Under the pieces are notes generated by a model. It was not told the origin of the DNA. It ran no database searches and saw only the letters and a list, made by a program, of their open reading frames with translations. A program made the translations under genes and the position numbers. Shown one piece after another: positions 48,623 through 61,078 of a DNA stretch of 64,000 nucleotides. The stretch is from Escherichia coli (GTDB lineage Bacteria > Pseudomonadota > Gammaproteobacteria > Enterobacterales > Enterobacteriaceae), in the NCBI RefSeq assembly GCF_003334255.1, contig NZ_QOWU01000008.1, one strand, 5' to 3'. Numbering within the stretch: the first letter of the stretch is position 1; each line of letters opens with the position of its first letter.

Positions 48623-49660
48623 ATGCACGGTAATTCTGAAATGCAAAAAATCAACCAAACCAGCGCAATGCCTGAAAAAACTGACGTTCACTGGAGTGGT
48701 CGGTTTAGCGTTGCACCAATGCTCGACTGGACGGACAGACATTGCCGCTATTTCTTGCGTCTGCTTTCCCGCAATACGTTGCTGTATACCGAAATGGTGA
48801 CCACAGGGGCGATTATTCACGGTAAAGGTGATTATCTGGCGTACAGTGAAGAAGAACATCCGGTAGCGTTGCAACTGGGCGGTAGCGATCCGGCGGCGCT
48901 GGCGCAGTGTGCAAAGCTGGCAGAAGCGCGCGGATATGATGAGATCAACCTGAATGTCGGCTGCCCGTCTGACCGGGTGCAGAACGGCATGTTTGGTGCG
49001 TGTCTGATGGGTAATGCGCAGCTGGTTGCCGACTGCGTGAAAGCGATGCGCGATGTGGTGTCGATTCCGGTGACGGTGAAAACGCGTATTGGCATCGACG
49101 ACCAGGACAGCTATGAATTTCTCTGCGATTTCATCAATACCGTTTCCGGCAAAGGCGAGTGTGAGATGTTCATCATCCACGCACGTAAAGCCTGGCTTTC
49201 GGGGTTAAGCCCGAAAGAAAACCGTGAAATCCCGCCGCTCGATTATCCGCGTGTGTATCAACTGAAGCGTGACTTTCCGCATCTGACAATGTCGATTAAC
49301 GGTGGTATCAAGTCGCTGGAAGAGGCCAAAGCACACCTGCAACATATGGATGGCGTGATGGTCGGGCGCGAGGCGTATCAGAATCCGGGTATTCTGGCGG
49401 CGGTAGACCGGGAGATCTTTGGTTCCTCGGATACCGATGCCGATCCGGTGGCGGTAGTGCGCGCCATGTATCCGTACATTGAGCGTGAACTCAGCCAGGG
49501 GACGTATCTCGGCCATATTACCCGGCATATGTTGGGCTTGTTCCAGGGTATTCCTGGCGCGCGGCAGTGGCGGCGTTATTTAAGTGAAAATGCCCATAAA
49601 GCGGGTGCAGACATTAATGTGCTGGAACACGCGCTCAAACTGGTGGCGGATAAGCGTTAA
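48623..49660 (+). CDS. dusA: tRNA-dihydrouridine synthase A
   Basis: ORF 48617-49660; ATG at 48623 gives 345 aa, alternative ATG at 48668 ([23 protein letters not shown]) gives 330 aa; Dus TIM-barrel motifs present. Confidence 0.9.
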   Translation: MHGNSEMQKINQTSAMPEKTDVHWSGRFSVAPMLDWTDRHCRYFLRLLSRNTLLYTEMVTTGAIIHGKGDYLAYSEEEHPVALQLGGSDPAALAQCAKLAEARGYDEINLNVGCPSDRVQNGMFGACLMGNAQLVADCVKAMRDVVSIPVTVKTRIGIDDQDSYEFLCDFINTVSGKGECEMFIIHARKAWLSGLSPKENREIPPLDYPRVYQLKRDFPHLTMSINGGIKSLEEAKAHLQHMDGVMVGREAYQNPGILAAVDREIFGSSDTDADPVAVVRAMYPYIERELSQGTYLGHITRHMLGLFQGIPGARQWRRYLSENAHKAGADINVLEHALKLVADKR

Positions 49661-49742
49661 CTTTTCACCAAAAAGTAGTCAAATTCACCACGCCCTGCGC
49701 ACCGTCGCGGGGCGTTTTGCTGTTAAATCAATAGATTATTTT

Positions 49743-49759
49743 TGGCATGATTCTTGTAA
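49743..49759 (+). promoter_or_regulatory. Putative sigma54 (-24/-12) promoter of pspG
   Basis: TGGCAT-N5-TTGT about 35 bp upstream of the pspG ATG resembles TGGCAC-N5-TTGC; pspG is known to be PspF/sigma54-dependent. Confidence 0.5.
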
Positions 49760-49793
49760 TGCCAGCAAGAGATTTCATATTTGGGAGAGCATC

Positions 49794-50036
49794 ATGCTGG
49801 AACTACTTTTTGTGATTGGCTTTTTTGTCATGCTGATGGTCACCGGCGTTTCGTTGCTGGGCATTATCGCCGCGCTGGTTGTGGCGACGGCCATTATGTT
49901 CCTCGGCGGTATGCTGGCATTGATGATTAAGTTGCTGCCGTGGTTACTACTGGCGATTGCGGTGGTGTGGGTTATTAAGGCGATTAAAGCACCAAAAGTG
50001 CCGAAATATCAGCGTTATGACCGCTGGCGTTACTAA
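49794..50036 (+). CDS. pspG: Phage-shock protein G (small inner-membrane protein)
   Basis: ORF 49584-50036 trimmed to ATG at 49794 (MLELLFVIGFFVMLMVTGVSLLGIIAALVV), 80 aa, two hydrophobic helices. Confidence 0.85.
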   Translation: MLELLFVIGFFVMLMVTGVSLLGIIAALVVATAIMFLGGMLALMIKLLPWLLLAIAVVWVIKAIKAPKVPKYQRYDRWRY

Positions 50037-50172
50037 GGGATTGTGCGGATGATCACAACCTAAGGTTTTATCCTTAGAACAAAATAGGAATTGATAATCA
50101 AATCTGTCACTATTGCGCCTCTAACAGATTCATCGTGCTGTACCCTACATACAGCCGAACTATAAAAAGAAA

Positions 50173-50200
50173 GGGCTTCCCAGGTGGAAGCCCTATTTCT
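50173..50200. terminator. Bidirectional hairpin terminator between pspG (+) and qor (-)
   Basis: Stem GGGCTTCC / GGAAGCCC flanked by A-run upstream and T-run downstream. Confidence 0.7.
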
Positions 50201-50201
50201 T

Positions 50202-51185
50202 TTATGGAATCAGCAGGCTGGAACCTTGCGTCGCCCGGCTTTCCAGAATCTCATGCGCACGCTGCGCATCCTTCAGCGGATATTTCTGCTGCTCGGCGAC
50301 ATCGACCTTAATCACACCGCTGGCAATCAAAGAGAACAGTTCATTACTGGCCTCGGTTAATTCCTCCCGCGTGGTGATATAGCCTTGCAGGGAAGGGCGT
50401 GTCACATACAACGAGCCTTTTTGATTGAGAATGCCTAAGTTCACACCGGTAACCGCACCTGATGAGTTGCCAAAACTGACCATTAAGCCGCGGCGTTGCA
50501 GGCAATCCAGCGACCGTTCCCAGGTGTCTCTGCCCACGGAATCGTACACCACGCGCACTTTCTTACCGCCGGTGATCTCTTTTAACCGCTCGACCAGATC
50601 CTCTTCACGATAGTTAATAACCTGCCACGCGCCCGCTTTTAGCGCGCTTTGCGCTTTTTGCGCGGTTCCTACGGTGCCGATAAGTTTCGCGCCCAGGGCT
50701 TTTGCCCACTGGCAGGCAATTAAGCCAACGCCGCCAGCCGCTGCGTGGAACAGGAACTGTTCATCGGGTTTAATTTCATAGGTTTTGCGCAGCAGATAAT
50801 AAACCGTTAAGCCTTTCAGGAAGGATGCCGCAGCTTGCTCAAAAGAAATTGCCGCAGGCAGAATCGCCGCTTTATCCGCAATAATGTTATGCACAGAGCT
50901 GTAAGCGCCTAACGCCGACTGCGCATAGACTACACGATCGCCTGCCTTAATATGCTTTACACCACTGCCGACTTTACTCACGATGCCTGCTGCTTCGGTG
51001 CCTAATCCGCTGGGTAGCGATGGCGGCGGGTAAAGGCCGCTGCGGATATATGTGTCGATAAAATTGATGCCGATGGCTTTATTTTCGACCTGGATTTCAT
51101 TCTCCGCCGGATCGGCAGGAGTGAACTCTACGGCTTGAAGTACTTCCGGGCCACCGTGCTTGTGAAATTCAATTCGTGTTGCCAT
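50202..51185 (-). CDS. qor: NADPH:quinone oxidoreductase
   Basis: ORF 50202-51293 trimmed to ATG at 51185 (MATRIEFHKHGGPEVLQAVEF), 327 aa; MDR-family fold. Confidence 0.9.
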   Translation of the reverse strand: MATRIEFHKHGGPEVLQAVEFTPADPAENEIQVENKAIGINFIDTYIRSGLYPPPSLPSGLGTEAAGIVSKVGSGVKHIKAGDRVVYAQSALGAYSSVHNIIADKAAILPAAISFEQAAASFLKGLTVYYLLRKTYEIKPDEQFLFHAAAGGVGLIACQWAKALGAKLIGTVGTAQKAQSALKAGAWQVINYREEDLVERLKEITGGKKVRVVYDSVGRDTWERSLDCLQRRGLMVSFGNSSGAVTGVNLGILNQKGSLYVTRPSLQGYITTREELTEASNELFSLIASGVIKVDVAEQQKYPLKDAQRAHEILESRATQGSSLLIP

Positions 51186-51267
51186 GTGTCCTCCAGAACG
51201 TATCGTCAGGGTCTGCTTCATATGATAAAGTTTCGACCCATTCTTTATCTCGGTAACTCCATTCACT

Positions 51268-52683
51268 ATGGCAGGAAATAAACCCTTCAACAAACAGCAG
51301 GCTGAACCCCGCGAACGCGATCCACAAGTTGCCGGGCTGAAAGTGCCTCCGCACTCGATCGAAGCGGAGCAGTCGGTGTTGGGCGGTTTAATGCTAGATA
51401 ACGAACGCTGGGATGATGTAGCCGAGCGTGTGGTAGCAGACGATTTTTACACCCGCCCACACCGTCATATCTTTACTGAAATGGCGCGTTTGCAGGAAAG
51501 CGGTAGCCCTATCGATCTGATTACTCTTGCGGAATCGCTGGAACGCCAGGGGCAACTCGATAGCGTCGGTGGTTTTGCTTATCTGGCAGAGCTGTCAAAA
51601 AATACGCCAAGTGCGGCTAACATCAGTGCCTATGCGGACATCGTGCGTGAACGTGCCGTTGTCCGTGAGATGATCTCGGTTGCGAATGAGATTGCCGAAG
51701 CTGGTTTTGATCCGCAGGGGCGTACCAGCGAAGATCTGCTGGATCTGGCTGAATCCCGCGTCTTTAAAATTGCCGAAAGTCGTGCGAACAAAGACGAAGG
51801 GCCGAAGAACATCGCCGATGTGCTCGACGCAACCGTGGCGCGTATTGAGCAGTTGTTTCAGCAGCCACACGATGGCGTTACCGGGGTAAACACCGGTTAT
51901 GACGATCTCAACAAAAAAACCGCTGGCTTGCAGCCGTCGGATTTGATCATCGTCGCCGCGCGTCCGTCGATGGGTAAAACAACATTTGCGATGAACCTCG
52001 TCGAAAACGCGGCGATGTTGCAGGATAAACCGGTACTTATCTTCTCGCTGGAGATGCCATCAGAACAGATCATGATGCGTTCTCTGGCGTCGCTGTCGCG
52101 CGTTGACCAGACTAAAATCCGTACCGGGCAGCTCGATGACGAAGACTGGGCGCGCATTTCCGGCACCATGGGTATTTTGCTCGAAAAACGCAATATCTAT
52201 ATCGATGACTCCTCCGGCCTGACGCCAACGGAAGTGCGTTCCCGCGCACGCCGTATTGCCCGTGAACACGGCGGCATCGGGCTTATCATGATCGACTACC
52301 TGCAACTGATGCGCGTACCGGCGCTTTCCGATAACCGTACGCTGGAAATTGCAGAAATCTCTCGCTCGCTGAAAGCACTGGCGAAAGAACTGAACGTGCC
52401 GGTGGTGGCGCTGTCCCAGTTGAACCGTTCTCTGGAACAACGTGCCGACAAACGCCCGGTCAACTCCGACCTGCGTGAATCTGGCTCTATCGAGCAGGAT
52501 GCGGACTTGATCATGTTTATCTATCGTGATGAGGTGTATCACGAAAACAGTGATTTAAAAGGCATCGCGGAAATTATTATCGGTAAACAACGTAACGGCC
52601 CAATCGGGACGGTACGCCTGACCTTTAACGGTCAATGGTCGCGCTTCGACAACTATGCGGGGCCGCAGTACGACGACGAATAA
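51268..52683 (+). CDS. dnaB: Replicative DNA helicase DnaB
   Basis: 471 aa ORF with Walker A (ARPSMGKTTFAMNL), recognised as DnaB. Confidence 0.95.
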   Translation: MAGNKPFNKQQAEPRERDPQVAGLKVPPHSIEAEQSVLGGLMLDNERWDDVAERVVADDFYTRPHRHIFTEMARLQESGSPIDLITLAESLERQGQLDSVGGFAYLAELSKNTPSAANISAYADIVRERAVVREMISVANEIAEAGFDPQGRTSEDLLDLAESRVFKIAESRANKDEGPKNIADVLDATVARIEQLFQQPHDGVTGVNTGYDDLNKKTAGLQPSDLIIVAARPSMGKTTFAMNLVENAAMLQDKPVLIFSLEMPSEQIMMRSLASLSRVDQTKIRTGQLDDEDWARISGTMGILLEKRNIYIDDSSGLTPTEVRSRARRIAREHGGIGLIMIDYLQLMRVPALSDNRTLEIAEISRSLKALAKELNVPVVALSQLNRSLEQRADKRPVNSDLRESGSIEQDADLIMFIYRDEVYHENSDLKGIAEIIIGKQRNGPIGTVRLTFNGQWSRFDNYAGPQYDDE

Positions 52684-52735
52684 TAATTATTTTATGAATT
52701 AGGTAATTAAAGCAAACACTTATCAAGGAACACAA

Positions 52736-53815
52736 ATGCAAGCGGCAACTGTTGTGATTAACCGCCGCGCTCTGCGACACAACCTGCAACGTCTTCGTGA
52801 ACTGGCCCCTGCCAGTAAAATGGTTGCGGTGGTGAAAGCGAACGCTTATGGTCACGGTCTTCTTGAGACCGCGCGAACGCTCCCCGATGCTGACGCCTTT
52901 GGCGTAGCCCGTCTCGAAGAAGCTCTGCGACTGCGTGCGGGGGGAATCACCAAACCTGTACTGTTACTCGAAGGCTTTTTTGATGCCAGAGATCTGCCGA
53001 CGATTTCTGCGCAACATTTTCATACCGCCGTGCATAACGAAGAACAGCTGGCTGCGCTGGAAGAGGCTAGCCTGGACGAGCCGGTTACCGTCTGGATGAA
53101 ACTCGATACCGGTATGCACCGTCTGGGCGTAAGGCCGGAACAGGCTGAGGCGTTTTATCATCGCCTGACCCAGTGCAAAAACGTTCGTCAGCCGGTGAAT
53201 ATCGTCAGCCATTTTGCGCGCGCGGATGAACCAAAATGTGGCGCAACCGAGAAACAACTCGCTATCTTTAATACCTTTTGCGAAGGCAAACCTGGTCAAC
53301 GTTCCATTGCCGCGTCGGGTGGCATTCTGCTGTGGCCACAGTCGCATTTTGACTGGGTGCGCCCGGGCATCATTCTTTATGGCGTCTCGCCGCTGGAAGA
53401 TCGCTCCACCGGTGCCGATTTTGGCTGTCAGCCAGTGATGTCACTAACCTCCAGCCTGATTGCCGTGCGTGAGCATAAAGCCGGAGAGCCTGTTGGTTAT
53501 GGTGGAACCTGGGTAAGCGAACGTGATACCCGTCTTGGCGTAGTCGCGATGGGCTATGGCGATGGTTATCCGCGCGCCGCGCCGTCCGGTACGCCAGTGC
53601 TGGTGAACGGTCGCGAAGTACCGATTGTCGGGCGCGTGGCGATGGATATGATCTGCGTAGACTTAGGTCCACAGGCGCAGGACAAAGCCGGGGATCCGGT
53701 CATTTTATGGGGCGAAGGTTTGCCCGTAGAACGTATCGCTGAAATGACGAAAGTAAGCGCTTACGAACTTATTACGCGCCTGACTTCAAGGGTCGCGATG
53801 AAATACGTGGATTAA
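52736..53815 (+). CDS. alr: Alanine racemase (biosynthetic)
   Basis: 359 aa ORF with PLP-lysine motif ([10 protein letters not shown]), recognised as Alr. Confidence 0.95.
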
Positions 53816-53839
53816 TCGTTCTGTAATATTTGATTGTCT

Positions 53840-53872
53840 GTGCCGGATGCGGCGTGAATGCCTTATCCGGCC
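53840..53872. repeat. REP palindromic element after alr
   Basis: GTGCCGGATGCGGCGTGAATGCCTTATCCGGCC. Confidence 0.7.
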
Positions 53873-54067
53873 AATAAAATCCTAAAAATTCAATAAGTTG
53901 ATGTTCTTTCATGCTCTTATAAAGGTCGTGCCTCTGGCGGATGTACGTTTGTCATGAGTCTCACTCTGTTGCTAATTGCCGTTCGCTCCTGAACATCCAC
54001 TCGATCTTCGCCTTCTTCCGGTTTATTGTGTTTTAACCACCTGCCCGTAAACCTGGAGAACCATCGC

Positions 54068-55261
54068 GTGTTTCAAAAAGTTGACGCCTACGCTGGCGAC
54101 CCGATTCTTACGCTTATGGAGCGTTTTAAAGAAGACCCTCGCAGCGACAAAGTGAATTTAAGTATCGGTCTGTACTACAACGAAGACGGAATTATTCCAC
54201 AACTGCAAGCCGTGGCGGAGGCGGAAGCGCGCCTGAATGCGCAGCCTCATGGCGCTTCGCTTTATTTACCGATGGAAGGGCTTAACTGCTATCGCCATGC
54301 CATTGCGCCGCTGCTGTTTGGTGCGGACCATCCGGTACTGAAACAACAGCGCGTAGCAACCATTCAAACCCTTGGCGGCTCCGGGGCATTGAAAGTGGGC
54401 GCGGATTTCCTGAAACGCTACTTCCCGGAATCAGGCGTCTGGGTCAGCGATCCTACCTGGGAAAACCACGTAGCAATATTCGCCGGGGCTGGATTCGAAG
54501 TGAGTACTTACCCCTGGTATGACGAAGCGACTAACGGCGTGCGCTTTAATGACCTGTTGGCGACGCTGAAAACATTACCTGCCCGCAGTATTGTGTTGCT
54601 GCATCCATGTTGCCACAACCCAACGGGTGCCGATCTCACTAATGATCAGTGGGATGCGGTGATTGAAATTCTCAAAGCCCGCGAGCTTATTCCATTCCTC
54701 GATATTGCCTATCAAGGATTTGGTGCCGGTATGGAAGAGGATGCCTACGCTATTCGCGCCATTGCCAGCGCTGGATTACCCGCTCTGGTGAGCAATTCGT
54801 TCTCGAAAATTTTCTCCCTTTACGGCGAGCGCGTCGGCGGACTTTCTGTTATGTGTGAAGATGCCGAAGCCGCTGGCCGCGTACTGGGGCAATTGAAAGC
54901 AACAGTTCGCCGCAACTACTCCAGCCCGCCGAATTTTGGTGCGCAGGTGGTGGCTGCAGTGCTGAATGACGAGGCATTGAAAGCCAGCTGGCTGGCGGAA
55001 GTAGAAGAGATGCGTACTCGCATTCTGGCAATGCGTCAGGAATTGGTGAAGGTATTAAGCACAGAGATGCCAGAACGCAATTTCGATTATCTGCTTAATC
55101 AGCGCGGCATGTTCAGTTATACCGGTTTAAGTGCCGCTCAGGTTGACCGACTACGTGAAGAATTTGGTGTCTATCTCATCGCCAGCGGTCGCATGTGTGT
55201 CGCCGGGTTAAATACGGCAAATGTACAACGTGTGGCAAAGGCGTTTGCTGCGGTGATGTAA
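54068..55261 (+). CDS. tyrB: Aromatic-amino-acid aminotransferase
   Basis: ORF 54026-55261 trimmed to GTG at 54068 ([25 protein letters not shown]), 397 aa. Confidence 0.95.
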   Translation: MFQKVDAYAGDPILTLMERFKEDPRSDKVNLSIGLYYNEDGIIPQLQAVAEAEARLNAQPHGASLYLPMEGLNCYRHAIAPLLFGADHPVLKQQRVATIQTLGGSGALKVGADFLKRYFPESGVWVSDPTWENHVAIFAGAGFEVSTYPWYDEATNGVRFNDLLATLKTLPARSIVLLHPCCHNPTGADLTNDQWDAVIEILKARELIPFLDIAYQGFGAGMEEDAYAIRAIASAGLPALVSNSFSKIFSLYGERVGGLSVMCEDAEAAGRVLGQLKATVRRNYSSPPNFGAQVVAAVLNDEALKASWLAEVEEMRTRILAMRQELVKVLSTEMPERNFDYLLNQRGMFSYTGLSAAQVDRLREEFGVYLIASGRMCVAGLNTANVQRVAKAFAAVM

Positions 55262-55270
55262 TGCAGGAAA

Positions 55271-55294
55271 GCAGGCTGGAGCTACCCAGCCTGC
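55271..55294 (+). terminator. Putative hairpin terminator after tyrB
   Basis: Stem GCAGGCTGG / CCAGCCTGC 10 bp after the stop; weak downstream U-run. Confidence 0.4.
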
Positions 55295-55762
55295 AGTGAA
55301 ATTAAACTGTCGTCGCTTTCACTCTTTCTTTATAGATGATTTTTTTGATGCCATCGTTCTACGTGAGAGATAATAAACGTTGTTAGTTCTTTTATTGTTA
55401 AGCTTATCCCAATTATCTGGAATTCCTTATCCTGTTTTTTTGGGTGGAGTAATAATTTCTGCACATCTAACCATTATTAAATTTAATAATAAGTATCGGG
55501 TTTGTTACGATAGAATATTTCTATATCCTCAAGAATATGCTTTGCCTTATTGCCTGTGACTTTCTGAGATTCAATTATAGTATCGTTAAATTCTAATGTT
55601 AAAGAGAACTCTTTTTTCCGCTTTGTGTAAGTTTAACCTTATATTGATTACCAATATCAAATAAAAAGGTCCTGTAATGAGAATAATCACCTTTAACCTC
55701 CTCGGCAAAACAGCAAAGCGTGCAAATATACATAAAGTCTTTCTTACCCCTGATTTTGTTAA

Positions 55763-55966
55763 CTAAATCAATAAATGCGTGAAAAACTTTACTTGCAATA
55801 GAACTTGATACTTCTTCTCCAGGTCTAAAAAATCTTTTGCAATTTTTAACTGTGTTTCTATGTATAAAAAGAAATCTTTGGCATAAGAGATATCTTTATT
55901 ATTTAGTGCATCTAGCTCAACAGGTAAAGATGTCGTTTTGTTGCTATTCACATATGATATATTCAT
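55763..55966 (-). CDS. yjbS: Small uncharacterised protein YjbS
   Basis: 80 aa ORF (55763-56005) in an AT-rich (by eye) spacer, trimmed to the internal Met (MNISYVNSNK, 67 aa); identification is tentative. Confidence 0.45.
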   Translation of the reverse strand: MNISYVNSNKTTSLPVELDALNNKDISYAKDFFLYIETQLKIAKDFLDLEKKYQVLLQVKFFTHLLI

Positions 55967-56088
55967 ATCATCATCTCCATCGCGAGTAATAAAATTAATC
56001 ACCATTGTAGGGTAGGGGGCTGGTCAATCAGAAATCATCTTTATAAACTTCGATTGTTTTTGTAATGCTGTATCATTAAGTTCATTAA

Positions 56089-57081
<993 letters not shown>

Positions 57082-57086
57082 CAGAG

Positions 57087-57123
57087 CGGGAGAGCGTGAT
57101 GCTCTCCCGAATGCTGTTTTTTT
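57087..57123 (+). terminator. Rho-independent terminator after aphA
   Basis: Hairpin CGGGAGAGC-GTGAT-GCTCTCCCG followed after a short spacer by T8. Confidence 0.6.
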
Positions 57124-57191
57124 AATCACACCTTTATCCTTTCGCTGTCTTGCTGCAAACTGATTAAGAGAGTTTTATCAAGGAGCAGCAC

Positions 57192-57608
57192 ATGTGGTAT
57201 CAAAAGACGCTCACGCTTAGCGCCAAATCTCGTGGGTTTCATCTGGTAACGGATGAAATTCTGAATCAGCTGGCTGATATGCCGCGCGTTAACATCGGCT
57301 TACTGCATCTGTTGCTGCAACATACCTCCGCCTCTCTGACACTTAATGAGAACTGCGATCCCACCGTACGCCACGACATGGAGCGTTTTTTCCTCCGCAC
57401 CGTTCCCGACAACGGAAATTATGAGCATGACTATGAGGGAGCAGACGATATGCCTTCTCATATCAAATCCTCAATGCTGGGAACATCGCTTGTATTGCCG
57501 GTGCATAAAGGGCGTATTCAGACCGGCACCTGGCAAGGCATTTGGCTGGGGGAACATCGCATCCACGGCGGATCGCGTCGCATCATCGCGACACTACAAG
57601 GGGAGTAA
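57192..57608 (+). CDS. yjbQ: YjbQ (UPF0047 family)
   Basis: 138 aa ORF starting [24 protein letters not shown], recognised as YjbQ. Confidence 0.9.
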
Positions 57609-57611
57609 AAA

Positions 57612-57968
57612 ATGACCATTTCGGAGTTGCTACAATATTGCATGGCAAAACCAGGCGCAGAACAGAGCGTGCATAATGACTGGAAAGCGACGCAGATCAA
57701 AGTGGAAGATGTACTGTTTGCGATGGTGAAAGAAGTAGAAAATCGCCCAGCTGTTTCGCTGAAAACCAGCCCGGAGCTGGCGGAGCTGCTACGTCAGCAG
57801 CACAGCGATGTGCGTCCAAGCCGCCATCTGAATAAAGCGCACTGGAGCACCGTGTATCTCGACGGTTCGCTGCCAGATTCGCAAATCTATTATCTGGTGG
57901 ATGCGTCTTATCAGCAGGCGGTGAATTTACTGCCGGAAGAAAAACGTAAATTGCTGGTGCAACTCTGA
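57612..57968 (+). CDS. yjbR: YjbR (small conserved protein, unknown function)
   Basis: 118 aa ORF starting 3 bp after the yjbQ stop (translational coupling). Confidence 0.9.
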   Translation: MTISELLQYCMAKPGAEQSVHNDWKATQIKVEDVLFAMVKEVENRPAVSLKTSPELAELLRQQHSDVRPSRHLNKAHWSTVYLDGSLPDSQIYYLVDASYQQAVNLLPEEKRKLLVQL

Positions 57969-57974
57969 AAGGAA

Positions 57975-57997
57975 AAGGCCGCTCAGAAAGCGGCCTT
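57975..57997. terminator. Hairpin terminator between convergent yjbR (+) and uvrA (-)
   Basis: Stem AAGGCCGC / GCGGCCTT with 6-nt loop; the U-run lies on the minus strand, so it mainly serves uvrA. Confidence 0.65.
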
Positions 57998-58002
57998 AAC
58001 GA

Positions 58003-60825
58003 TTACAGCATCGGCTTAAGGAAGCGTGCCGTGTGTGATGCTTCGCACTCCGCGACGGTTTCTGGCGTACCGGAGACGAGGATCTCGCCGCCACCACTGC
58101 CGCCTTCTGGTCCCAGGTCGACAATCCAGTCAGCGGTTTTGATCACGTCGAGATTGTGCTCAATCACCACAATGGTGTTGCCCTGATCGCGCAGTTTATG
58201 CAGTACGTCGAGCAGTTGCTGAATATCGGCGAAGTGCAGACCGGTGGTCGGCTCGTCGAGAATATACAGCGTCTGCCCGGTGCCGCGTTTTGACAGTTCA
58301 CGCGCCAGCTTCACGCGCTGGGCTTCACCGCCTGAAAGGGTGGTTGCGGACTGCCCCAGTCGAATGTACGTCAGGCCAACGTCCATCAACGTTTGCAGCT
58401 TACGCGCCAGTGCAGGTACGGCATCAAAGAACTCACGCGCCTCTTCGATGGTCATATCCAGCACTTCGTGGATGGTTTTGCCTTTGTACTTAATCTCCAG
58501 CGTTTCACGGTTATAGCGTTTACCTTTGCACTGGTCGCACGGCACGTAGATATCCGGCAGGAAGTGCATCTCCACTTTGATCACGCCATCGCCCTGACAG
58601 GCCTCGCAGCGTCCGCCACGAACGTTAAAGCTGAAACGTCCCGGCGTATAGCCGCGCGCACGGGATTCCGGTACGCCCGCAAACAGTTCGCGCACAGGCG
58701 TAAACACGCCGGTATAGGTCGCCGGGTTAGAACGTGGAGTACGACCAATTGGGCTTTGGTCGATATCGATCACTTTATCGAAATGCTCCAGCCCCTGAAT
58801 ATCGCGATACGGTGCTGGTTCGGCGATGGTCGCCCCATTCAACTGGCGTTGGGCAATCGGGAACAGTGTGTCGTTAATCAGCGTCGATTTACCGGAACCT
58901 GAAACCCCGGTGATGCAGGTAAACAGACCCACCGGCAGCGTCAGCGTCACGTCCTTCAGGTTGTTGCCGCGTGCGCCTGTCAGCTTCAGCACTTTTTCCG
59001 GATTCGCCGGAACGCGTTTCTTCGGCACTTCAATCTTGCGTTTGCCGCTCATGTACTGCCCGGTCAACGACTCCGGCACCGCCATAATCGCTTCCAGCGG
59101 ACCTTCTGCGACCACTTCACCGCCGTGAACACCTGCGCCCGGGCCAATGTCGATCACATGGTCAGCGGCGCGAATTGCGTCTTCGTCGTGCTCCACCACA
59201 ATCACGGTATTACCGAGATCGCGCAGATGGATAAGCGTACCCAACAGGCGCTCGTTATCACGCTGGTGCAGGCCGATAGACGGCTCGTCCAGCACGTACA
59301 TAACGCCAACCAGGCCCGCACCAATCTGGCTCGCCAGACGGATACGCTGTGCTTCACCGCCAGAAAGCGTTTCTGCCGAGCGGGAAAGCGTCAGGTAATT
59401 CAGGCCGACGTTAACGAGGAATTTCAGACGATCGCCGATCTCTTTAAGGATTTTTTCTGCAATCTTCGCCCGCTGACCTGCGAGTTTGAGATTGTTGAAG
59501 AATTCCATCGCATGACCAATGCTCATGTCGGAGATAGCAGGCAGCGGCGTATTCTCGACATACACGTGGCGCGCTTCCCGACGCAGACGCGTCCCTTCGC
59601 AGCTGGCGCACGGACGATTACTGATAAACTTGGCTAATTCTTCGCGTACCGCGCTGGATTCCGTCTCTTTATAGCGGCGCTCCATATTATGCAGCACGCC
59701 TTCGAACGGATGACGACGAATGGAGGTATCGCCACGATCGTTCATGTATTTGAATTCAATGTTTTCTTTGCCAGAACCGTACAACACCACTTTATGCACG
59801 TTCGCGCTCAGGCTGCCCCACGGCGCTTCGACGTCGAACTTATAGTGATCTGCCAGCGATTTCAGCATCTGGAAATAATAGAAGTTGCGGCGATCCCAGC
59901 CACGGATCGCACCACCAGCCAGCGACAGTTCCGGATTCTGGATCACTCGATCAGGATCGAAATATTGCTGTACGCCAAGGCCGTCGCAGGTCGGGCAGGC
60001 CCCCGCCGGGTTGTTAAACGAAAACAGTCGCGGCTCCAGTTCACGCATACTGTAGCCGCAAATTGGGCAGGCGAAGTTGGCGGAGAACAGCAGCTCTTCC
60101 GCTTTCGGGTCGTCCATATCCGCCACTACCGCGGTACCACCGGAAAGCTCCAGCGCGGTTTCAAATGACTCGGCAAGACGTTGGGTAAGATCGTCACGCA
60201 CCTTGAAGCGATCAACCACCACTTCAATGGTATGTTTCTTTTGCAGTTCCAGTTTTGGCGGATCGGAAAGATCGCAGACTTCGCCATCAATACGAGCACG
60301 GATGTAGCCCTGGCTTGCCAGGTTCTCCAGCGTTTTGGTGTGTTCGCCTTTGCGCTCTTTAATGATTGGCGCGAGTAGCATCAGACGCTTGCCTTCCGGC
60401 TGCGACAGCACGTTATCCACCATCTGGCTGACGGTTTGCGCCGCCAGCGGGACGTCGTGGTCCGGACAGCGCGGCTCGCCAACGCGGGCGAATAACAAAC
60501 GCAAATAGTCGTGGATTTCGGTGATTGTCCCCACCGTAGAACGCGGGTTATGAGACGTCGATTTCTGCTCAATTGAGATGGCAGGAGAAAGCCCCTCAAT
60601 ATGATCGACGTCCGGCTTTTCCATCAGTGACAGAAACTGCCGCGCGTAGGCGGAAAGGGATTCAACGTAACGGCGCTGCCCTTCGGCATATAAGGTGTCG
60701 AAAGCGAGCGAGGATTTGCCAGAACCCGAAAGCCCGGTCACGACAATGAGCTTGTCGCGGGGGATAACGAGGTTGATGTTTTTGAGATTATGGGTGCGGG
60801 CGCCCCGAACTTCGATCTTATCCAT
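58003..60825 (-). CDS. uvrA: Excinuclease ABC subunit A
   Basis: 940 aa ORF starting [53 protein letters not shown]; two ABC ATPase modules and zinc-finger cysteines. Confidence 0.95.
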   Translation of the reverse strand: MDKIEVRGARTHNLKNINLVIPRDKLIVVTGLSGSGKSSLAFDTLYAEGQRRYVESLSAYARQFLSLMEKPDVDHIEGLSPAISIEQKSTSHNPRSTVGTITEIHDYLRLLFARVGEPRCPDHDVPLAAQTVSQMVDNVLSQPEGKRLMLLAPIIKERKGEHTKTLENLASQGYIRARIDGEVCDLSDPPKLELQKKHTIEVVVDRFKVRDDLTQRLAESFETALELSGGTAVVADMDDPKAEELLFSANFACPICGYSMRELEPRLFSFNNPAGACPTCDGLGVQQYFDPDRVIQNPELSLAGGAIRGWDRRNFYYFQMLKSLADHYKFDVEAPWGSLSANVHKVVLYGSGKENIEFKYMNDRGDTSIRRHPFEGVLHNMERRYKETESSAVREELAKFISNRPCASCEGTRLRREARHVYVENTPLPAISDMSIGHAMEFFNNLKLAGQRAKIAEKILKEIGDRLKFLVNVGLNYLTLSRSAETLSGGEAQRIRLASQIGAGLVGVMYVLDEPSIGLHQRDNERLLGTLIHLRDLGNTVIVVEHDEDAIRAADHVIDIGPGAGVHGGEVVAEGPLEAIMAVPESLTGQYMSGKRKIEVPKKRVPANPEKVLKLTGARGNNLKDVTLTLPVGLFTCITGVSGSGKSTLINDTLFPIAQRQLNGATIAEPAPYRDIQGLEHFDKVIDIDQSPIGRTPRSNPATYTGVFTPVRELFAGVPESRARGYTPGRFSFNVRGGRCEACQGDGVIKVEMHFLPDIYVPCDQCKGKRYNRETLEIKYKGKTIHEVLDMTIEEAREFFDAVPALARKLQTLMDVGLTYIRLGQSATTLSGGEAQRVKLARELSKRGTGQTLYILDEPTTGLHFADIQQLLDVLHKLRDQGNTIVVIEHNLDVIKTADWIVDLGPEGGSGGGEILVSGTPETVAECEASHTARFLKPML

Positions 60826-60910
60826 TCACCTTTCCCGGATTAAACGCTTTTTTGCCCGGTGGCATGGTGCTACCGGCGATCACAAACGGTTAATTATGAC
60901 ACAAATTGAC

Positions 60911-60926
60911 CTGAATGAATATACAG
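60911..60926. promoter_or_regulatory. LexA operator (SOS box) shared by divergent uvrA and ssb promoters
   Basis: CTGAATGAATATACAG (complement CTGTATATTCATTCAG) matches CTGT-N8-ACAG, 85 bp upstream of uvrA and about 150 bp upstream of ssb. Confidence 0.85.
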
Positions 60927-61078
60927 TATTGGAATGCATTACCCGGAGTGTTGTGTAACAATGTCTGGCCAGGTTTGTTTCCCGGAACCGAGGTCACAAC
61001 ATAGTAAAAGCGCTATTGGTAATGGTACAATCGCGCGTTTACACTTATTCAGAACGATTTTTTTCAGGAGACACGAAC

